Of a stretch of DNA of 64,000 nt, positions 1 through 9,799 are shown piece after piece. How positions within the stretch are numbered: position 1 is the stretch's first letter; each line of letters begins with the position of its first letter. The DNA is from Cytophagaceae bacterium (lineage in GTDB: Bacteria > Bacteroidota > Bacteroidia > Cytophagales > UBA9547): the NCBI GenBank assembly GCA_027488865.1, contig JAIYAU010000042.1, positions 130,170-194,169 on the forward strand, in the 5' to 3' direction. The notes below the pieces were generated by a model that saw only the letters and a program-made list of their open reading frames with translations, did no database searches and was not told the origin of the DNA. A program made the translations under genes and the position numbers.

Positions 1-409
1 TTGGGGTCCATTAGCTGGTGGAGCATTGACAGGTAAATACTTAAGTGATAATAACGATCCTAAAAGATTACAAGTTGGTAGCAAAAGACTGGATGAAAGA
101 AGTACATCTATTGCGAAGGAAGTTGTGTCAATAGCTGAAGAAATTGGGTGTAGCCCATCGCATGTTGCATTAAATTGGGTCAGACAAAGGTCTCAAGTTG
201 TGATACCCGTGGTAGGAGCTCGTACCCTTGCTCAAGTTAAAGATAGTATAGAGTGTGTAAACAATTCGTTAACCTTAGACCATATTACAAGACTAAATGA
301 AATCAGCAAAATCGAGCTAGGCTTTCCACATGATTTTTTAGCGGGGGAATTGGTGAGAGATTTATTATTTAATGGACAATTTAATAATGTTGTGAATCAT
401 AGATTGTAA
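1..409 (+). CDS. Aldo/keto reductase, C-terminal part (5' end lies outside the window)
   Basis: Reading frame is open from base 2 (WGPLAGGALTGKYL...). The AKR-like C-terminal half is present (SPSHVALNWV, VIPVVGART). Stop at 407-409. Confidence 0.7.
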   Translation, partial: WGPLAGGALTGKYLSDNNDPKRLQVGSKRLDERSTSIAKEVVSIAEEIGCSPSHVALNWVRQRSQVVIPVVGARTLAQVKDSIECVNNSLTLDHITRLNEISKIELGFPHDFLAGELVRDLLFNGQFNNVVNHRL

Positions 410-462
410 AAGGTTTTGTTCAATTTATTTTTTTGCATAGCTTTCGACTTTATTTTTGAAGC

Positions 463-1530
463 ATGTCATTATCAATTTTAATAACTGGAGGTGCAGGTTT
501 TGTGGGTTCAAACCTTGCTCTTAAGTTTAAAGCACAATATCCAGCCTATTCAATTACTTGCTTAGATAATTTAAAGCGTAGAGGATCAGAGCTTAATGTA
601 CCGAGATTACAACAAGCGGGTATCAAGTTTATCCATGGCGATATTCGTTGCAAAGAAGATTTATACGAGATTACTAATATCAATATCGTAATAGATGCCT
701 CTGCCGAGCCATCCGTCATGGCAGGCATTACTTCTCCTGTAGAGCAGGTCTTTAATAATAACCTTACAGGTACAGTTAATTGCCTAGAATTAGCAAAAAG
801 GTTGGATGCCGCCTTTATTTTCTTGTCAACCAGCAGAGTATATCCAATAAAAACATTGGAGACGCTAAACTTTGAAGAAAAGGAAACTAGATTTGTGTTG
901 GCAAAAGAGCAGCCAGTGGTTGGGGTTTCCGACAGAGGGATTGCAGAAAATTTCCCGCTAGATGGCAGCCGATCTTTTTATGGAGCAACAAAGTTGGCAT
1001 CGGAACTCATGATACATGAATACAATGCACTCGCGGGCCTCAAAACGGTGATTAATCGCTGTGGCGTGATAACCGGGCCTTGGCAAATGGGCAAAGTGGA
1101 CCAAGGTGTGGTCGTGTTGTGGGCAGCTAAGCATTATTGGAAGCAAAAACTCGCCTACATCGGATATGGCGGAGAAGGCAAACAGACCCGCGACCTTTTG
1201 CATATTCAAGATTTATTTAGGCTTATTGATTATCAAATTCACAATTTAGATAAAGTAAATGGTGAAGTATATAATGCTGGTGGGGGTAACGATGTAAGTG
1301 TATCATTGCTTGAATTAACTAGTTTATGTCAAAAAACCACAGGGAATCAAATTTTGATTGATAAAGTAGCGGAGACAAGAGCTGCGGATATTCGATTGTA
1401 TGTCACGGACAATTCAAAAGTGACTGCGCACACGGGTTGGAAACCTGAGATACTTCCACTTCAAATAATGGAAGAGATACATAATTGGATAGAGGAAAAC
1501 GATCGGCAGCTAGAAGCGATTTTAAGGTAA
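463..1530 (+). CDS. NAD-dependent epimerase/dehydratase, extended SDR (CDP-paratose/tyvelose 2-epimerase-like)
   Basis: Rossmann motif GGAGFVGSNL, catalytic YGATK (YxxxK), STSRVY, and GYGGEGKQTRDLLHIQD typical of this SDR subgroup. Confidence 0.75.
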   Translation: MSLSILITGGAGFVGSNLALKFKAQYPAYSITCLDNLKRRGSELNVPRLQQAGIKFIHGDIRCKEDLYEITNINIVIDASAEPSVMAGITSPVEQVFNNNLTGTVNCLELAKRLDAAFIFLSTSRVYPIKTLETLNFEEKETRFVLAKEQPVVGVSDRGIAENFPLDGSRSFYGATKLASELMIHEYNALAGLKTVINRCGVITGPWQMGKVDQGVVVLWAAKHYWKQKLAYIGYGGEGKQTRDLLHIQDLFRLIDYQIHNLDKVNGEVYNAGGGNDVSVSLLELTSLCQKTTGNQILIDKVAETRAADIRLYVTDNSKVTAHTGWKPEILPLQIMEEIHNWIEENDRQLEAILR

Positions 1531-1539
1531 TTTGGTCTA

Positions 1540-2790
1540 ATGAAAGATTTGAAGGCTTTTTTAAGATTATCAAGAATAGATACTACCATAATTACTGCTG
1601 GTTATATTCTTTTGTTTTTTTTAGTTTTATTAGGCCCTAATAAACCTGTATATGACGAAATTCTTTTTTATCCAAACCTAGCATTGTATGAGCAGCAAGG
1701 CTTATCACAAGGCTTCCTGTTGAACATGAAAGATCAAGCACCGGGGCCATTGTATGAAATGGTACATTTTACCTTTCATTTTATTACAAATTATAAATTC
1801 CCTGCTATGCGGGTTCTAAACTTATTGCTATTTGGTGGTACAGTTATAATTTTAAGGTTGATTCTTAAAAACTTTAAGACTTCTATACAAAATCCTGCCT
1901 TTATTATAATCGGCCTACCTCTCATCTGGCCAATATCGGGAATGGCTCTAACTGAAATGCCTGCAATGTTTTTCGGCACATTAGCAACATATTTTATCTT
2001 GTCACTAGCCAAAACATATTATCCTTGGTCGAAATTTTTATTAGCTATTATTGCGGCCATAAGTATTTCTTTATCGATTTCCGGTCGCGTCAATTTTATA
2101 GCAATACCTATTGCTACGCTTGTTTTTGCTTTTATAAATAAAGGTTCAAATATAATTTATTTCATTATTATACCAGTTTTATCAGTTATGATAGTGTCTC
2201 CCATTTTTTGGGTTTGGCAAAATTTAGTTCCTCCTAATCAATCCTATGTAAATTCATCTGGAATTAATGTATGGTATGGTATTTTAGCTTGCTCTTATAG
2301 TTCATTATTAGTTTTCTTTATTTCTCCAGGTTGGTTCGTTGTGAATAAAAAAATCGCATCTTTATTGATTTTTCTTTTCTCCTTGTTGTGTTTATTAAAC
2401 ATAACCTTCAATTTTATTCATTTTCAAGCAATTAAGTCCGTTTTTTCAAAAATCGGCTCGCCAATTATCGATTATTTTTCCGAACAAATCATACCATGTT
2501 TGTTTATTACGGTGGCTTTACTATTTATTTATAGTTTGGTGGTAAGAATATTTGAAGATCGATTTGAGCCTCAAAAGATTTACTTTTATTTAATACTTAT
2601 TTTGATTTTGGGCACCTCTGTTAAGATTTCACATCAATTTAGTTCAAGATATGTTGCCCAAGTAATTCCATTTTTAATGGTTGTTACAAGCAAATTTCAA
2701 GAATTAACTGTTTTTAGAATTGTTTTAGTTATCATTGCTGTAGGAATGGGTTCTTATTCTTTGATTTCGTATTATAATTTTCCTTATTAA
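1540..2790 (+). CDS. Polytopic membrane protein, GT-C-like (ArnT/PMT_2-like) glycosyltransferase candidate
   Basis: 416 aa and hydrophobic almost throughout. Acidic YDE motif directly after the first TM segment and a PGPLY segment, resembling GT39/GT83 enzymes. Confidence 0.5.
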   Translation: MKDLKAFLRLSRIDTTIITAGYILLFFLVLLGPNKPVYDEILFYPNLALYEQQGLSQGFLLNMKDQAPGPLYEMVHFTFHFITNYKFPAMRVLNLLLFGGTVIILRLILKNFKTSIQNPAFIIIGLPLIWPISGMALTEMPAMFFGTLATYFILSLAKTYYPWSKFLLAIIAAISISLSISGRVNFIAIPIATLVFAFINKGSNIIYFIIIPVLSVMIVSPIFWVWQNLVPPNQSYVNSSGINVWYGILACSYSSLLVFFISPGWFVVNKKIASLLIFLFSLLCLLNITFNFIHFQAIKSVFSKIGSPIIDYFSEQIIPCLFITVALLFIYSLVVRIFEDRFEPQKIYFYLILILILGTSVKISHQFSSRYVAQVIPFLMVVTSKFQELTVFRIVLVIIAVGMGSYSLISYYNFPY

Positions 2791-2792
2791 AA

Positions 2793-3854
2793 ATGAATAT
2801 AGCAATAATAACCGGCTCAGCGGGCCTTATTGGAAGTGAATCGGTACAGTTTTTTGCCGACAAGTTTGACCTGGTAGTAGGTATCGATAATAACTTACGC
2901 CAATACTTTTTTGGAAAAGATGGCGATACAACATGGAACAACAACCGACTTCAAGAAAAATTTCCCAACTATAAACCTTACCGTGCCGACATCCGTGAGG
3001 TGAAAGACTTAGAGAAGATATTCTTGGAGTATAAATCGGATATAAAGCTTATTATCCATACAGCTGCACAACCGAGCCACGACTGGGCGGCCAAAGAGCC
3101 GTTTACAGATTTTTCGGTAAATGCTAACGGAACACTTAATTTGCTTGAAATGACACGCCAGCATTGCCCAGAGGCCGTGTTTATTTTTACCTCTACCAAC
3201 AAAGTGTATGGCGACAATCCTAATTACCTGCCATTAGTAGAACTTGATAAGCGTTGGGAGATTGACTCCACCCACAAGTATTTTGCGGAAGGTATTGATG
3301 AACACATGAGCATCGACCACACCAAACACTCGCTTTTTGGTGCATCCAAAGTGGCTGCTGATATTTTGGTGCAGGAATATGGCCGTTATTTTAACATGAA
3401 AACGGCCATATTCAGAGGTGGTTGCCTTACAGGTCCTAACCACTCAGGTGCGAAACTGCACGGGTTTCTCTCATACTTGATGAAATGTGCCGTGACTGGC
3501 GAGCATTATACCGTATTTGGATACAAAGGCAAGCAGGTGCGCGACAATATCCATAGCTGGGATTTAGTGAATATGTTTTGGCACTTTTATCAAAACCCTC
3601 GCGTGGCCGAAGTATATAATGCGGGAGGAGGCCGCCATTCTAATTGCTCCATGGCAGAGGCGATTGAAAAAGCCCAGTTGATCACAGGGAAACCTATGAA
3701 CTACACCTATACGGAAGTCAACAGGATTGGCGACCACATCTGGTGGATCAGTGATTTACGCAAGTTCAAGTCACACTACCCAGAGTGGAACTGGAAATAT
3801 GGAATCGAAGATATTTTGGGACAGATTTTTGAGGCCACGGTGAAAGGGCACTGA
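2793..3854 (+). CDS. NAD-dependent epimerase/dehydratase family protein, second extended SDR paralog
   Basis: GSAGLIGSE Rossmann motif, [22 protein letters not shown]. The canonical YxxxK position reads FGASK (see findings). Confidence 0.75.
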   Translation: MNIAIITGSAGLIGSESVQFFADKFDLVVGIDNNLRQYFFGKDGDTTWNNNRLQEKFPNYKPYRADIREVKDLEKIFLEYKSDIKLIIHTAAQPSHDWAAKEPFTDFSVNANGTLNLLEMTRQHCPEAVFIFTSTNKVYGDNPNYLPLVELDKRWEIDSTHKYFAEGIDEHMSIDHTKHSLFGASKVAADILVQEYGRYFNMKTAIFRGGCLTGPNHSGAKLHGFLSYLMKCAVTGEHYTVFGYKGKQVRDNIHSWDLVNMFWHFYQNPRVAEVYNAGGGRHSNCSMAEAIEKAQLITGKPMNYTYTEVNRIGDHIWWISDLRKFKSHYPEWNWKYGIEDILGQIFEATVKGH

Positions 3855-3868
3855 TAGATATATTTAGT

Positions 3869-6241
3869 ATGAAAATTAAATTAAACCCATTACTACCTTT
3901 GGTTTTGTTAGCTATTCTGTTCGGAACAATAGCTTTTATTATTATCACTCCATATAATCAAACAAATGAATTTTTACAATTTGCAGCTTTAAGGGTAGTA
4001 GCTATGTCATTTTCTTTTTGTGCACTGGTCTACTATTGGCGTACCCAAAATGTGTTGGGTATGGTAATACTATTTGGTATTATTATGATGACAATACCAT
4101 TTATAGCTTTTAACAATTGGAATCCATTCGAGACAAATTTTGGAGATTACTGGTACATGAATGCGCTGGTGACAAAAAATAAATTTTATAACTATTTACT
4201 TGTCGATTCTACGATTAAGGATATTCCGACATATTTAGCTCCTCTATACTTTATTTTTACTGGAAAATTGGCATGGTTATTTGACATTGAGTCCTACGAG
4301 ATATTAATATTCGTATCTAAAGTATCAGTGTTGATCTTACCAATAGGCATCTATTATTTACTTAAAGACAGATTTGAAGAATCAGTAATAATTTTGTCAA
4401 TAATTGTGATAAGTGTCTTTCATGATTATGAGATTTTGATGAAGCCCTATCAGTCCATCTCTACTGTTATGGCTCTAATTTTTTATTTTAAATTTTTGCC
4501 TAAATTAGAATATACGGCCAAACGAAACATGGTAAAAACTGTTCTATTCGGAACTGCACTTTTTCTCCTTTACTTTTACCATTTTATCTATTTGGCATTA
4601 GCATTCTTTCTAGAGTTAGCACTAAAATACTATAACATTTTTAGTTTTTCTTCGAAGCAAGGGATTAAGAACAAATTTCTCGGCTATTTTTTAATTTTCA
4701 TGGCTGCATTTTTCTTGTTTATTCTTCCTCATATAATTAGCATCTTGAAAGTTGGAAGTGTGCATAGTATATATTTTGGTTCATGGAATCATTTACATTT
4801 TGAATTTCTACAATTACCCTTAGTTCTTGGATTGTTTCAATTATTAAGGAATATCGAGAACCCAGAATACCAAAGGCCTTTAGTTTTGTTTTTAGGGTTG
4901 GTTATGTTGTTTGTACTGCAATTGTTTTTTGTTTCAATTTTGCATTCAAATCTCTTTGTTTATAAAATTATACACTTGGCGAACTACATTTTGGTTCCAT
5001 TTACAATTCAATTCATATATCATTTTGTCTTTGATAGCATTGAAAACCCAAAACTTAAATTTCTGTCTAGCCAAATTTTTATCACTATCATTCTGTTGTT
5101 TTCTGTTACCGTTTGGGCAGGGGATGTACAGGAACATAAAACTGATAAAAACATTCTTGAAAATGTCATCAACAAGGATTTCATAAATAAATACAAAACT
5201 TACACTAATTTAAAGGATAAAAACATTTTCTTTCCAATATTCTATCAAGCGAACGAGTTAGGATCTGTTTTGCCTAATTATAGATTTTTATCAACAAACA
5301 TCGATTTTGGTTCACAATCCTCACAGTTAGCAAAACGCATTCAACTTTACAAAGATCTCGATTCAGCCAAAACCAATCCAGCTCTCTTTGCATACTTGAT
5401 AACCAATAATCCATTTGAAAAAATCGATTATTTCTATTGGGATTCCTCTAATCCAAGTCTCTATACTTATGAGGTTCAGAAAATTGGGAACGGAGTTTCT
5501 CATTATGAATCACAGTTAAATCATTTAATCTTTTCACCCAAATATTTTAAAAAAGTTCACCCTAATCTCTGTCTGTATTCAATTAGTACCGATTTTTCGA
5601 AAGGGAGAAAAAAAATGACGATCTTGGAAAAGAGAGCAATGGAACTTAATTCAAATCCAATCAGATTTTCTGAGATCAAAGAAGATTTGTTGAAGCACCA
5701 AGAATCTTACACTAACTATGATATTATCAACATTATTTATCATCTTAACCACACTGGTCAAAATAATTATTGTGACTCACTTTTTGAGGTGGTAAAAAAA
5801 GTGAACCCTAATCTTTTGTCTCTAAACTTTGAAACTGAATTTTCGCCTTCATCATATACAGCCGGACAGCTAAATTTTGTCAAATCCAATAAATATTCGA
5901 ATGGTTTCGCCAGATCTTTGACGAGCCACGAGTCTAATTCAGGAGGGGCTTTGGTTTTCGGCCCATACCTTAAATTACCAAAAGGCAAATACCGAGTTAT
6001 ATACAATTTTCAAAGCAAAGAAATACATAAATTAGTTGGCACCGCTGATATTTGTGCCTATGGAGGAACGAAGATACTTAACTCTGGCCAAATTATTAGC
6101 AAAACAGGTCTTATCGATAAAATAGAACTTGATTTTGAAGCAACAGAATCGTTGGAGGCTGTTGAATTTAGGGTACATTCAGAAAAAGGTCAACCGCTGA
6201 TAGTTGATAATATCCAGTTGAAATTCATTTCAGATCTATGA
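3869..6241 (+). CDS. Large polytopic membrane protein with a soluble C-terminal region; possible GT-C-type transferase
   Basis: 790 aa. Roughly the first 420 aa are consecutive hydrophobic segments. The remainder is hydrophilic and ends in a beta-sandwich-like tail (GPYLKLPKGKYRV...VEFRVHS...VDNIQL). Confidence 0.4.
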   Translation: MKIKLNPLLPLVLLAILFGTIAFIIITPYNQTNEFLQFAALRVVAMSFSFCALVYYWRTQNVLGMVILFGIIMMTIPFIAFNNWNPFETNFGDYWYMNALVTKNKFYNYLLVDSTIKDIPTYLAPLYFIFTGKLAWLFDIESYEILIFVSKVSVLILPIGIYYLLKDRFEESVIILSIIVISVFHDYEILMKPYQSISTVMALIFYFKFLPKLEYTAKRNMVKTVLFGTALFLLYFYHFIYLALAFFLELALKYYNIFSFSSKQGIKNKFLGYFLIFMAAFFLFILPHIISILKVGSVHSIYFGSWNHLHFEFLQLPLVLGLFQLLRNIENPEYQRPLVLFLGLVMLFVLQLFFVSILHSNLFVYKIIHLANYILVPFTIQFIYHFVFDSIENPKLKFLSSQIFITIILLFSVTVWAGDVQEHKTDKNILENVINKDFINKYKTYTNLKDKNIFFPIFYQANELGSVLPNYRFLSTNIDFGSQSSQLAKRIQLYKDLDSAKTNPALFAYLITNNPFEKIDYFYWDSSNPSLYTYEVQKIGNGVSHYESQLNHLIFSPKYFKKVHPNLCLYSISTDFSKGRKKMTILEKRAMELNSNPIRFSEIKEDLLKHQESYTNYDIINIIYHLNHTGQNNYCDSLFEVVKKVNPNLLSLNFETEFSPSSYTAGQLNFVKSNKYSNGFARSLTSHESNSGGALVFGPYLKLPKGKYRVIYNFQSKEIHKLVGTADICAYGGTKILNSGQIISKTGLIDKIELDFEATESLEAVEFRVHSEKGQPLIVDNIQLKFISDL

Positions 6242-6978
6242 AACTCTCAATCGTCATCCCAGCCTACAATGAAGAGGGCTCAATAACAGAAACATTAACG
6301 ACTTTATACGATAAGTTAAAGTCAGAAAACATTGATCATGAGATCTTTGTTACCAATGACAATTCAAAGGATAAGACCGCTGAGATCTTGACATCACTTA
6401 AGGAATCTATTCCCACCTTAAAATTTGAGACCAATAAAGGCCCTAACGGATTTGGCTATGCGGTACGTTATGGTCTAGAACGCTTTTCTGGGGACTGCGT
6501 TGCTATCATGATGGCTGACTTGTCGGATAGTCCTGATGACCTTGTTAGGTTTTATAGGAAAATGGTGGAGGATAATTATGATTGTGTTTTTGGCAATCGT
6601 TGGATCAAAGGAGGAGAAGTGATAGACTATCCTGCCAACAAGAAATATATCAATCGACTTGCCAATTTGATTGTAGCTTTTTCTGCTGGCATCAAATACA
6701 CCGATTGTACCAATGCTTTCAAATTGTATAAAAGAGAAACCATGTTAGGGCTTAAGCCATTTATGTCCCCACATTTTAACCTTACCTTAGAACTCCCCCT
6801 CAAGGCCATCGTAAGAGGATATTCATATACTGTGCTACCGAACTCCTGGAAAAACAGGAAAGCAGGTGAATCAAAACTTAAAATAAAAGAAATGGGAAGC
6901 CGTTATTTCTTTATCCTCTTATATTGTTTGATAGAAAAGTTCTTTTCAAGAGGAGATTTTAAAAAGAAGTGGGATTAA
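6238..6978 (+). CDS. GT2 polyprenol-phosphate glycosyltransferase (DPM1/ArnC/GtrB-like)
   Basis: LSIVIPAYNEEGSI N-terminus, MMADLSD (DxD-equivalent), about 246 aa. Its ATGA start overlaps the upstream stop codon. Confidence 0.75.
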   Translation: MKLSIVIPAYNEEGSITETLTTLYDKLKSENIDHEIFVTNDNSKDKTAEILTSLKESIPTLKFETNKGPNGFGYAVRYGLERFSGDCVAIMMADLSDSPDDLVRFYRKMVEDNYDCVFGNRWIKGGEVIDYPANKKYINRLANLIVAFSAGIKYTDCTNAFKLYKRETMLGLKPFMSPHFNLTLELPLKAIVRGYSYTVLPNSWKNRKAGESKLKIKEMGSRYFFILLYCLIEKFFSRGDFKKKWD

Positions 6979-6983
6979 CCACA

Positions 6984-8099
6984 TCAATATAATTCAAAAT
7001 TAAGTTTCTGGTCTTTTGGACAATCTGTTTTACCTCGCTTGTAGTTTCTTGGCAGTTTTTTGGGTTGTTTTAAGGTACCTAGATAATGTAATAAAGCAAA
7101 CTCCATAGCGCCTTTGAGGTTCGTTGCCTTGTTAAGTGTAGAACTATTTATATCATAACTTACTGATAATGAGGTGTTATTATAATTTATTTTATAATGT
7201 AGTGTCAGGGCATCATTTAATATTCGATATTGATATGAGCCTACCGTTCTAGTTCCTAAACCGAAATAGTTACTTATATAGGTTCTATTATTATTTAGTA
7301 GTTTGTACATCAAATTGATATTTAACTCTTTCGTTTTTCCTTGTATGTTATAAGATATAGAAGGAAATAATTCATTTTTTTTTAAGGGAATCATCATTTC
7401 GGCATGAAGGCAGTATCTGCTTTTAAGATATTCGTTACCTCTATTAAAGGAGATATTTGGGTTGTTTAGATGGAAGCTAGCAAAGCCTACACGATAACTA
7501 ATAAATGAACTATTTAAATGTGTGTATAAAATTCCAGCGGATGCATCACTGTAAAAAAAGGTATTATTTTGAAGTGGTTCGTTGGTAGCGCTATTTGGGT
7601 CAAAACTAGTTCCATTCCATTGATTGTCATAATAAGCATTGGAATAATTGATGCTTCTTTGTCCTAGACCCTGAGAATAGCCAAAAGTTAAGAGATTGTT
7701 GCCTTTTCTATTAAGTACTTTATTATAGGAAAACATTAAGGCAAGCTGGGTATTAGCCAAATTTAAGTCACCAGCCTTATCATTAAATAATGTTAAGCCC
7801 AAACCAAAATAGTCTGATCTTAATAACCTTGGTAAATATACTTTTGTGTCTACAGTACCACTATAACTACTAAACGGAGTATTGTAATTTACAAAGTTAC
7901 TTTTGATACTCTTCCATTGTTGTCGGTGATTTGTAATCAATCTTATTTTTTGTGATAGATGATCAAAATCAAAATTACCTGTAAGGGCAATATTTTGAGT
8001 ATGTGGTGTTGCGTATAATTGGGTATAATGAAAGTCTTGACCAAATGCAGCATGCAATAACGATATAAAAAGTATTAATGATATGCTACATCGAAACAT
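6984..8099 (-). CDS. PorP/SprF family type IX secretion membrane protein
   Basis: Signal peptide followed by QDFHYTQLYATPHTQNIALTG and HRQQWKSI, matching the PorP/SprF N-terminal signature. Beta-barrel-like composition. Confidence 0.7.
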   Translation of the reverse strand: MFRCSISLILFISLLHAAFGQDFHYTQLYATPHTQNIALTGNFDFDHLSQKIRLITNHRQQWKSIKSNFVNYNTPFSSYSGTVDTKVYLPRLLRSDYFGLGLTLFNDKAGDLNLANTQLALMFSYNKVLNRKGNNLLTFGYSQGLGQRSINYSNAYYDNQWNGTSFDPNSATNEPLQNNTFFYSDASAGILYTHLNSSFISYRVGFASFHLNNPNISFNRGNEYLKSRYCLHAEMMIPLKKNELFPSISYNIQGKTKELNINLMYKLLNNNRTYISNYFGLGTRTVGSYQYRILNDALTLHYKINYNNTSLSVSYDINSSTLNKATNLKGAMEFALLHYLGTLKQPKKLPRNYKRGKTDCPKDQKLNFELY

Positions 8100-8183
8100 T
8101 TATAAAATGCGGTCTTCATTATAAAGATACCATTAAAAAGTGTACAATACCTTAATTTTTATACACTATTTCTACATTTTTCT

Positions 8184-8191
8184 TAAGTTTG
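8184..8191 (+). promoter_or_regulatory. Bacteroidota -7 promoter motif (TAnnTTTG) upstream of fabG
   Basis: TAAGTTTG lies 46 nt upstream of the fabG ATG. No clear -33 TTTG was seen. Confidence 0.3.
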
Positions 8192-8237
8192 TATTTTTAG
8201 AGAGTATTTAAATTTATTTTAACGTAGTAATTTAGAA

Positions 8238-8984
8238 ATGGGATTATTGACTGGCAAAACAGCTTTAGTTACTGGTGCGTCTAAAGGTATAGGTAGGGCA
8301 ATAGCCTTGAAGTATGCTCAAGAAGGAGCAAATGTTGCATTTACCTATCTTTCTAGTGTAGAGAAAGGCCAATTGTTGGAAGCGGAGTTGGCGGCGTTTG
8401 GCATAAAGACCAAAGGTTATCGCTCCGATGCTTCTAATTTTAAAGCAGCAGAAGAATTGGTAAACAATGTCATTGTGGATTTTGGTACAATTGATATCTT
8501 AGTGAATAATGCTGGTATTACTAAAGATGGTTTGTTAATGCGTATGTCTGAAGAACAATGGGACGACGTGATTAACATTAATTTAAAATCTGTATTTAAC
8601 TTAACTAAGGCTGCCATTAAAACTTTCATGAAGAATAAGGCAGGCTCTATAATTAACATTACCTCAGTGGTTGGGTTGCGAGGCAATGCTGGACAATCTA
8701 ATTACGCTGCATCTAAGGCTGGTATAATTGGTTTTACTAAGTCAGTAGCCTTAGAGCTTGGTTCAAGAAACATACGAAGTAATGCTATTGCACCTGGATT
8801 TATCGAAACTGAAATGACTGGTGAACTCAATGCTGATGTTGTAAAGGGATGGACAGATACTATACCTCTCAAACGTGCAGGTAAGGCAGAAGATGTAGCA
8901 GACTGCGCAGTGTTTTTGGGAGCGGATATGTCAGCATATATTACAGGCCAGGTTTTACAAGTAGACGGAGGTATGCTTACTTAG
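8238..8984 (+). CDS. fabG: 3-oxoacyl-[acyl-carrier-protein] reductase
   Basis: TGASKGIGRAIA, NNAGIT and YAASKAG (YxxxK) motifs; 248 aa classical SDR. Confidence 0.85.
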   Translation: MGLLTGKTALVTGASKGIGRAIALKYAQEGANVAFTYLSSVEKGQLLEAELAAFGIKTKGYRSDASNFKAAEELVNNVIVDFGTIDILVNNAGITKDGLLMRMSEEQWDDVININLKSVFNLTKAAIKTFMKNKAGSIINITSVVGLRGNAGQSNYAASKAGIIGFTKSVALELGSRNIRSNAIAPGFIETEMTGELNADVVKGWTDTIPLKRAGKAEDVADCAVFLGADMSAYITGQVLQVDGGMLT

Positions 8985-8994
8985 TTACATTGAG

Positions 8995-9026
8995 AAGATT
9001 GGCTATGTCAATCTTTTTTGTTTTTT
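8995..9026 (+). terminator. Rho-independent terminator after fabG
   Basis: AAGATTG / CAATCTT 7-bp stem with a 7-nt loop, followed by TTTTGTTTTTT. Confidence 0.55.
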
Positions 9027-9041
9027 AGCGCTTTATACAAA

Positions 9042-9644
9042 ATGATCATAGACTTTAGTAAATCAGATGGACTCGTACCAGCCATTATTCAAGATAGTAA
9101 AACCAATGTGGTATTAATGTTGGGATTTATGAATGAGGAGGCATATACTAAAACAAAGACTGATAAAATAGTTACTTTTTTTAGTAGAACTAAAAACAGG
9201 TTATGGACGAAAGGTGAAACTACGGGTAATTTTTTAAATGTTGACAATATTCTGCTTGATTGTGATCAAGATACCCTTTTGATAAAAGCCACGCCCGCTG
9301 GTCCTGTTTGCCATACCGGCAATGATACCTGCTGGAATGAAGAAAACAAGTTATCAAACTTGGATTTTTTGCAAATATTAGTTTCTATTATTAAAGATAG
9401 AAAGCTGAATCCAACTGATTCGTCATATACAACATCTTTGTTTAACAAAGGGATAAATAAAGTGGCTCAAAAAGTGGGAGAAGAAGCGGTGGAGCTAGTA
9501 ATTGAGGCAAAAGATAACAACGATGATCTTTTTAAAAATGAAGCAGCAGACTTGTTATATCATTATTTGGTTCTTTTAGAGGCTAAGAATGTTGGATTTG
9601 AAGAAGTTTTAGAAATACTTAAATTAAGAAATAAATTAAAATAG
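9042..9644 (+). CDS. hisIE: Bifunctional phosphoribosyl-AMP cyclohydrolase / phosphoribosyl-ATP pyrophosphatase
   Basis: MIIDFSKSDGLVPAIIQD..., the TGNDTCW metal-site region and a C-terminal PRA-PH helical half. I chose the ATG at 9042 because the track start at 9018 lies inside the fabG terminator. Confidence 0.85.
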   Translation: MIIDFSKSDGLVPAIIQDSKTNVVLMLGFMNEEAYTKTKTDKIVTFFSRTKNRLWTKGETTGNFLNVDNILLDCDQDTLLIKATPAGPVCHTGNDTCWNEENKLSNLDFLQILVSIIKDRKLNPTDSSYTTSLFNKGINKVAQKVGEEAVELVIEAKDNNDDLFKNEAADLLYHYLVLLEAKNVGFEEVLEILKLRNKLK

Positions 9645-9799
9645 CTATTTTAAGCCTCAAGTAAGTATTTTCTGATATTCGCAGTTAATTACTCAATATT
9701 AATTGGTAATCTTGGAATTAATAAACGATATATCTACAAGACTATTGATTGGTCAAATATATTCACCAATGAAGGTTTGTATTCAATAATAATAGCATC

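Noticed and set aside
9042-9644. hisIE standing alone, preceded by the fabG terminator and with no other his genes nearby.
   Set aside because: Scattered his genes are common. Without the rest of the genome this is not informative.
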